Shown here one piece after another: positions 26,284 to 32,000 of a stretch of 32,000 nt of DNA. Origin of the DNA: Bifidobacterium longum subsp. longum JCM 1217 (GTDB lineage: Bacteria; Actinomycetota; Actinomycetes; Actinomycetales; Bifidobacteriaceae); the NCBI RefSeq assembly GCF_000196555.1, contig NC_015067.1:300001-332000 (forward strand), given 5' to 3'. Both the position numbers and the translations under genes were made by a program. Under the pieces are notes generated by a model. The model was not told where the DNA came from and ran no database searches. It was given only the letters and a program-made list of their open reading frames with translations. Every line of letters begins with the position of its first letter. Position 1 is the stretch's first letter.

Positions 26284-27318
26284 ATGCCTATCAAGATCCC
26301 CAGTGGCCTGCCGGCCAGAGATATCCTCGATTCGGAGCGCATCTTCGCTCTGGAGAAGCCCGAGGCGGAGCGTCAGCGCGTCCGCCCGCTCAAACTGGTG
26401 ATCCTGAACTTGATGCCTAAGAAAATCGAGACTGAAACACAGCTGCTGCGTCTGATTTCCAAGTCGCCGCTGCAGGTCGAAATCGACTTCATGAAGACCT
26501 CCACGCATGAGGCCACGCACGTTTCCGCCGATCATCTCGTCAAGTTCTACGAAAACCTCGATGCGTTCAAAGACAACTATTACGACGGTTTTGTGGTCAC
26601 CGGCGCGCCTGTAGAGCATATGCCGTTCGAAGATGTGGACTACTGGGACGAGTTCAAGACGATTCTCGACTGGGCCTCCACCCATGTGTTCTCCACCATG
26701 TACCTGTGCTGGGGTGCGATGGGCGCACTGTACTACCGCTACGGCATCCACAAGGTGGATTACCCCGAGAAGATTTTCGGCGTATTCCCGCAGTACCTGC
26801 AGGATGAATACTGCTTCCTGACCAATGGCTTCGACGAGATTGATCTGCAGCCGCACTCCCGCCTCGCCGGCGTGAACGAAAACGAGGTACGTGCCAACCA
26901 TGACCTTCAGATCTTGACTTGGGGGCCGCAGTCCGGCCCGGGCCTGATCGCCACGCGTGACTTCTCCGAAGTGTTCGCGCTCGGCCATTGGGAGTACGGC
27001 AAGTACACGCTCGCCGAAGAATACGAGCGCGATATGGCCAAGGGCATGACCAACGTGCCCTTCCCGAAGAACTACTTCCCGCATGACGATCCGAAGCTGG
27101 AACCGTTGTTCGCCTGGCGCGCCCACGCCAATCTGCTGTGGCGCAACTGGCTCAACTGGGTGTACCAGACCACGCCGTATGACCTGACCGAGGTGCCGCA
27201 GCTCAGGGCTGAGAAGAAGCTCGGTACTGATCGTTCGATTCGGCATGAGCCGGGCGGGCCGCGCCAGGATGATTTCAAGCCGTTTGTGCATGACGGGTAT
27301 GGGGTGATTCAGGGCTGA
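26284..27318 (+). CDS. metA: Homoserine O-acyltransferase, MetA family (O-acetyl/O-succinyl specificity not assignable), 344 aa
   Basis: MPIKIPSGLPARDILDSERIFALE...RPLKLVILNLMPKKIETETQLLRLIS.SPLQVEIDFM...YDGFVVTGAPVE...VDYWDEF..ILDW....V.ST.YLCWGA is the canonical MetA/HTS pattern, including the catalytic Cys in LCWGA. Confidence 0.92.
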   Translation: MPIKIPSGLPARDILDSERIFALEKPEAERQRVRPLKLVILNLMPKKIETETQLLRLISKSPLQVEIDFMKTSTHEATHVSADHLVKFYENLDAFKDNYYDGFVVTGAPVEHMPFEDVDYWDEFKTILDWASTHVFSTMYLCWGAMGALYYRYGIHKVDYPEKIFGVFPQYLQDEYCFLTNGFDEIDLQPHSRLAGVNENEVRANHDLQILTWGPQSGPGLIATRDFSEVFALGHWEYGKYTLAEEYERDMAKGMTNVPFPKNYFPHDDPKLEPLFAWRAHANLLWRNWLNWVYQTTPYDLTEVPQLRAEKKLGTDRSIRHEPGGPRQDDFKPFVHDGYGVIQG

Positions 27319-27330
27319 GCCTACGATCTC

Positions 27331-27371
27331 CCCTCAGTCGCCTACGACGACAGCTCCCCTCGACGGGGAGC
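27331..27371 (-). repeat. Copy E of the dispersed hairpin repeat. Its GCTCCCC/GGGGAGC hairpin (27353-27371) probably doubles as the metA terminator.
   Basis: The reverse complement reads GCTCCCCGTCGAGGGGAGCTGTCGTCGTAGGCGACTGAGGG. It starts 13 nt after the metA stop. The hairpin is followed by TCCTTTGCTTCTCC on the plus strand. Confidence 0.75.
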
Positions 27372-27584
27372 TCCTTTGCTTCTCCTTCACGGCTCGGCCC
27401 ATCAGAGGGAGCTACTGTTGGAGGTTGCGTTCGTAGCGTGGACGGTTGTTCGTCCACGATGTGGACGGCTTGATGAACGTAATGCCACACATCCGCGTAA
27501 TGCGACCAATAGTGCACAACGTTCGCGAAACGCCCGGGAAAACCTTGCAGCAGTAGGGATTTCAGGAGACTCGCCGGTATAATA

Positions 27585-27613
27585 TTGACATTGTCTAGAC
27601 GCAGGCAAATAAT
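27585..27613 (+). promoter_or_regulatory. Candidate promoter of the atp operon
   Basis: TTGACA (27585-27590), a 17-nt spacer, then AATAAT (27608-27613). This would give a leader of about 160 nt before atpB. A TATAAT hexamer at 27578-27583 has no matching -35. Confidence 0.4.
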
Positions 27614-27779
27614 CACTCTTCAGTCATTCGGAGCCGAATGCCCAGCGCAGACTCCGTGTCCATGCCCGGCAGACTCCACACCGAGGAGACAAAAAAAGAC
27701 GAAAGTAACGAGCACGTCACATTTGCCTGCCCGGTGGGTTTAAACTGACACCTGACATTGAAGAAGCAGGAGGCGTGAT

Positions 27780-28592
27780 ATGGTCGGTTCGCTCAGCGCA
27801 GGATTGCTGTTGGCTGACGAGGCAGGCGCTCATCTGCCCTCGGTTGATGACTTCCTTCCCCCGGAGATTCTGTTCCAGGGAACTCCGTTTGCCATCAACC
27901 GCATTATTTTGATTCGTATCGTGGCAACCATCGTGCTGTTGGTGGTGCTCGGCGTGACCGCAAAGCGCGCCAAGCTCATCCCCGGCCGTTGGCAGGGCGT
28001 AGTCGAGTACGGTCTCGACTTCGTGCGCGACAAGGTCGTGTATGACGTGATGGGTGAGGCCCGTGGCAAGCGCTACGTGCCGATGATCACCACCCTGTTC
28101 TTCACGATCTTCATTTTCAACCTGTGCGGCATCATTCCAGGTATGAACATGGCGGCCAACGCCACGGTGGTCATGCCGCTCGTGTTCGCTGTCTGGACAC
28201 TGATCCAGTACTGGATCGCCGCCATCCGCTCGCAGGGCCTCGGCCACTATCTGCGCCACGAGCTGTTCACCCCCGGTGTGCCGTGGCCGGTCTATTTCCT
28301 GCTGGCTCCGATCAACCTGCTTGAGCTGTTGATCATCCGCCCGGCCTCCCTGACCATCCGTCTGTTCGCCAACATGGTTTCCGGCCACCTTATGGTCGCC
28401 ACCTGCCTGGCGTTCGCACAGTTCTGGATGGTTGACGCGGTCAACAAGCTGCAGGGCATCCCGGTGGGTGCGCTGTGGTTCGCCGGTGGTTTCGCCATGA
28501 CTTGCTTCGAGGCGTTCGTCGCCTTCCTGCAAGCCTACGTCTTCGCGATTCTTTCCACCGTGTACATCAACCTGAGCTTCCCGGAAGAGTGA
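27780..28592 (+). CDS. atpB: F0F1 ATP synthase subunit a (270 aa)
   Basis: AGGAGG lies 6 nt upstream of ATG 27780. It is polytopic and carries the conserved RLFANMVSGHLM motif with the essential Arg. Confidence 0.93.
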   Translation: MVGSLSAGLLLADEAGAHLPSVDDFLPPEILFQGTPFAINRIILIRIVATIVLLVVLGVTAKRAKLIPGRWQGVVEYGLDFVRDKVVYDVMGEARGKRYVPMITTLFFTIFIFNLCGIIPGMNMAANATVVMPLVFAVWTLIQYWIAAIRSQGLGHYLRHELFTPGVPWPVYFLLAPINLLELLIIRPASLTIRLFANMVSGHLMVATCLAFAQFWMVDAVNKLQGIPVGALWFAGGFAMTCFEAFVAFLQAYVFAILSTVYINLSFPEE

Positions 28593-28683
28593 CGGGCGAC
28601 TAACCCGCCGCTTCCGGTCCCCGGTCTGGGAAAATCGCAGACCGACCAAACCCCAAGATTTATAACGTCGCCAAGTACGTTAG

Positions 28684-28923
<240 letters not shown>

Positions 28924-28979
28924 TCTGCGCAGATCAACAGACGAAAACCGATTATGTCCATCACTGAAAGGAGGGCTTG

Positions 28980-29498
28980 ATGACACAAGCAGCAAGCGGG
29001 ATTGACCTGTTCATTCCTGAGGTTTATGACATCGTATGGTCGCTGATCATTCTTGTCATCGTTGCGGTGTTCTTCTACAAGTTCTTCATGCCGAAGTTCA
29101 ATGCGATCTTCGACGAGCGCGCCGCCAAGATTCAGGGCAACATCGCCAAGGCGGAGCAGGCTAGGAAGGACGCCGACGAGGCCAAGGCCAAGTATGAGGC
29201 CCAGCTGAGCACCGCCCGTGTGGACGCCGCCAAGATTCGCGACGACGCCCGTGCGGAAGCGTCCCACATCATCGCCGACGCTCGTTCCCGCGCCGAGTCC
29301 GATGCGGCCCAGATCACCGCATCCGCACAGCGCTCGATCGAATCCCAGCACCAGCAGGCCATCGTCTCGCTCAAGGGCGAGGTCGGCGCACTTGCCACCG
29401 CCCTGGCCGGCAAGATCCTCGGTGCCAAGCTGGAAGACAACGACGTGCAGTCCTCGATGATCGATTCGATGATCGACGACCTGGGCGCCAAGAAGTGA
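28980..29498 (+). CDS. atpF: F0F1 ATP synthase subunit b (172 aa)
   Basis: GAAAGGAGGG lies 4-5 nt upstream of ATG 28980; the track's TTG at 28977 is too close to the SD. There is one N-terminal TM segment (IVWSLIILVIVAVFFY), then a long charged A/E/K/R-rich helix. Confidence 0.9.
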   Translation: MTQAASGIDLFIPEVYDIVWSLIILVIVAVFFYKFFMPKFNAIFDERAAKIQGNIAKAEQARKDADEAKAKYEAQLSTARVDAAKIRDDARAEASHIIADARSRAESDAAQITASAQRSIESQHQQAIVSLKGEVGALATALAGKILGAKLEDNDVQSSMIDSMIDDLGAKK

Positions 29499-29532
29499 CC
29501 GTGACCATCCGTAACCAGAAAGGGAGGTGACC

Positions 29533-30369
29533 ATGCGAGGAGAGGCATCACGTATTGCAGACCGCGAGTCGCGTGATTCGCTGGCCCCGAAACTGCGCGA
29601 CACCCGTGAGGACGCGTGGCGGATCGGCAACGAACTGTTCACGATCACCAAGGTGCTCGATGACAGCATTCAGCTGGAGCGCGCACTGACCGACCCGTCC
29701 CGCCCGGTTGCCGACAAGGTGGCCGTCCTGAAGGAACTGCTCGGTGACAACGCGCATCCGATGACCATGGAGATCATGACTGACTTGGTCTCCCGCCGTT
29801 GGAGCCGTGCGCGCGACATCGCCAACGCAGTGGAAGACTTCGGCGTGGACGCCATGATGTACTACGCGGACGCCACTGACGCCACGCTGCAGGTATCCAT
29901 CGAGCTGTCCGAGCTGCATTCCGCACTGCTGAACCTGCCGGTCGTACGCGCCAAGCTGTACGACTACCAGGCCACCAGCGAGGCCCGTGTGAAGCTGTTC
30001 CGCGAGGTGTTCTCTGGCAAGACCCTGAACAAGGTCACCATGAGGCTCGCCGAACACGCCACTTGCAACCTGCGCCGCCGCCGCTACTTGGAGACCATCC
30101 AGTGGCTGATCAACAAGTTCTCCCGCCACATGGGCGAGTCGATGGTCACCGTGACCACCGCCACCCCGCTGAAGAAGGAGCAGATCAAGCGACTGGTCGA
30201 GGTCTACTCCGCCAAGGTGGGCCGTCAGGTGCACATCAACTCGGTGGTCGACCCGACCGTGCTGGGTGGCATGCGCATCCAGGTGGGCGACGAAGTCACG
30301 GACAACACCGTGGTCGCACAGCTGCAGAACTTGCATCGCAAGGTGCAGACGGAGGCGACTCCGGCCTGA
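29533..30369 (+). CDS. atpH: F0F1 ATP synthase subunit delta (OSCP), 278 aa
   Basis: AAGGGAGG lies 6 nt upstream of ATG 29533; the GTG at 29527 abuts the SD. The C-terminal OSCP signature is VDPTVLGGMRIQVGDEVTDNTVVAQL. The position between atpF and atpA fits. Confidence 0.88.
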   Translation: MRGEASRIADRESRDSLAPKLRDTREDAWRIGNELFTITKVLDDSIQLERALTDPSRPVADKVAVLKELLGDNAHPMTMEIMTDLVSRRWSRARDIANAVEDFGVDAMMYYADATDATLQVSIELSELHSALLNLPVVRAKLYDYQATSEARVKLFREVFSGKTLNKVTMRLAEHATCNLRRRRYLETIQWLINKFSRHMGESMVTVTTATPLKKEQIKRLVEVYSAKVGRQVHINSVVDPTVLGGMRIQVGDEVTDNTVVAQLQNLHRKVQTEATPA

Positions 30370-30444
30370 CCGGCCGAGCCAATCCGTCCAACACCACACA
30401 CAAGCAAAGACTTGACTGAACAATAACCAATAGAAGGAGTGATC

Positions 30445-32000
30445 ATGGCAGAACTGACCATCGATCCCGCCTCGATTCGCAAGGCCCTCGACGACTTCGT
30501 GTCGTCGTACAAGCCGAGCGACACCCCCACCCAGGAAGTGGGCTATGTCGCCACGGCCGGTGACGGCATTGCACACGTGACGGGATTGCCTGGTTGCATG
30601 GCCAATGAGCTGCTGACGTTCGAAGACGGCACGCTCGGCCTGGCGTTCAACCTTGACGCCCGTGAGATCGGCGTGGTGATCCTCGGCGATTTCGCTGGAA
30701 TTGAGGAAGGCCAGGAAGTGCGACGCACCGGCGAAGTGCTTTCCGTGCCCGTCGGCGACGGCTATCTCGGCCGCGTCGTGGACCCGCTGGGCAAGCCGCT
30801 CGACGGCCTCGGCGAGATCCAGGGCATTGAGGGTCGTCGTATCCTCGAAGCCCAGGCCCCCGACGTGATGCACCGCCACCCGGTCGACGAGCCGCTGTCC
30901 ACCGGCCTCAAGGCCATCGACGCGATGACCCCGATCGGCCGCGGCCAGCGCCAGCTCATCATCGGCGACCGCCAGACCGGTAAGACCGCCATCGCGATCG
31001 ATACCATCATCAACCAGAAGGCCAACTGGGAATCCGGCGACCCGAAGAAGCAGGTCCGCTGCATCTACGTGGCCATCGGCCAGAAGGGCTCCACCATCGC
31101 CTCGGTGAAGCAGAGCCTGGAAGACGCCGGCGCCATGGAGTACACCACCATCGTGGCCTCCCCGGCAGCCGATTCCGCTGGCTTCAAGTACATCGCCCCG
31201 TACACCGGCTCGGCCATCGGCCAGCACTGGATGTACAACGGCAAGCATGTGCTCATCGTCTTCGATGACTTGTCCAAGCAGGCAGAGGCCTATCGTTCGA
31301 TTTCCCTGCTGCTGCGCCGCCCGCCGGGGCGTGAAGCCTACCCGGGTGATGTGTTCTACCTGCACTCCCGCCTGCTCGAACGTTGCGCCAAGGTCTCCGA
31401 TGACCTGGGCGGCGGTTCGATGACGGGTCTGCCGATCGTCGAGACCAAGGCGAACGATGTGTCCGCCTACATCCCGACCAACGTGATCTCCATCACTGAC
31501 GGCCAGATCTTCCTGCAGTCCGATCTGTTCAACGCCAACCAGCGCCCCGCCGTGGACGTCGGTATCTCCGTCTCTCGAGTCGGTGGCGCCGCACAGACCA
31601 AGGCTCTGAAGAAGGTCTCCGGTACGCTGAAGATCTCCCTGGCACAGTACCGTTCGCTGGAATCCTTCGCCATGTTCGCCTCCGATCTGGATGCGGCTTC
31701 CAAGGCCCAGCTGACCCGTGGTGCCCACCTGACCGAGCTGTTGAAGCAGCCGCAGTTCCACCCGTACTCGCCGGAACAGGAAGTCGTGTCCGTATGGACC
31801 GGCACCCACGGCAAGCTCGACGACCTCGACCTGAAGGACGTCCTTCCGTTCGAGCAGGGACTGCTGGACTACATCGACCACAACACCGATATCCTCAAGA
31901 CCATTCGCGAGACCGAGGAATTCACCGCCGACACCGAGGCTGCCCTCGATAAGGCCGTGGACGAGTTCCGTTCGACGTTCGTCTCTTCCGCCGGCAAGCC
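30445..32000 (+). CDS. atpA: F0F1 ATP synthase subunit alpha, 3'-truncated by the window edge
   Basis: GAAGGAG lies 5 nt upstream of ATG 30445. My translation is [19 protein letters not shown]...[15 protein letters not shown]...Walker [20 protein letters not shown]...[26 protein letters not shown]. The frame stays open to nt 32000, which is why it is absent from the ORF track. Confidence 0.95.
   Translation, partial: MAELTIDPASIRKALDDFVSSYKPSDTPTQEVGYVATAGDGIAHVTGLPGCMANELLTFEDGTLGLAFNLDAREIGVVILGDFAGIEEGQEVRRTGEVLSVPVGDGYLGRVVDPLGKPLDGLGEIQGIEGRRILEAQAPDVMHRHPVDEPLSTGLKAIDAMTPIGRGQRQLIIGDRQTGKTAIAIDTIINQKANWESGDPKKQVRCIYVAIGQKGSTIASVKQSLEDAGAMEYTTIVASPAADSAGFKYIAPYTGSAIGQHWMYNGKHVLIVFDDLSKQAEAYRSISLLLRRPPGREAYPGDVFYLHSRLLERCAKVSDDLGGGSMTGLPIVETKANDVSAYIPTNVISITDGQIFLQSDLFNANQRPAVDVGISVSRVGGAAQTKALKKVSGTLKISLAQYRSLESFAMFASDLDAASKAQLTRGAHLTELLKQPQFHPYSPEQEVVSVWTGTHGKLDDLDLKDVLPFEQGLLDYIDHNTDILKTIRETEEFTADTEAALDKAVDEFRSTFVSSAGK

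Noticed and set aside
27275-27616. 113-aa minus-strand ORF upstream of the atp operon.
   Set aside because: Its C-terminal half reads through repeat copy E and overlaps the metA 3' end. The N-terminal half has no motif and overlaps the candidate atp promoter.

Overview
High-GC (about 60%) actinobacterial chromosome segment whose gene content and protein sequences look Bifidobacterium-like. It is mostly core housekeeping and falls into three strand blocks. Plus block, 1-12.4 kb: gatA' (3' end only), gatB, a GNAT acetyltransferase, DUF2469, a cell-wall-anchored histidine acid phosphatase (phytase type), an FAD oxidoreductase, rho, chorismate mutase and a 694-aa uncharacterised secreted protein. 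Minus block, 12.7-23.4 kb: valS, an orphan family-5 solute-binding protein, nth, a GlnR-like atypical response regulator, a membrane protein, mntP, ppa and glgE. Plus block, 23.7-32 kb: an LPXTG surface protein, metA and atpB-E-F-H-A', with an initiator tRNA-Met on the minus strand. The many long antisense ORFs in the track are high-GC artefacts. I see no CRISPR array, no intact mobile element and no recognisable multi-gene defence or novel system. The observations most worth follow-up are small-scale: (1) three DnaA-box-type 12-mers, two with a perfect TTATCCACA core, at the divergent glgE/adhesin intergenic region; (2) an LPXTG protein with thioester-domain-like motifs in which the Gln position reads His; (3) a perfect 43-bp direct repeat that duplicates the valS 3' end around a 71-bp structured insert; (4) a dispersed hairpin-containing repeat family of about 45 bp with five copies, all intergenic; (5) a low-GC3 ORF remnant next to tRNA-fMet. 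All functional calls come from reading the translations and motifs by eye; no database search was run.
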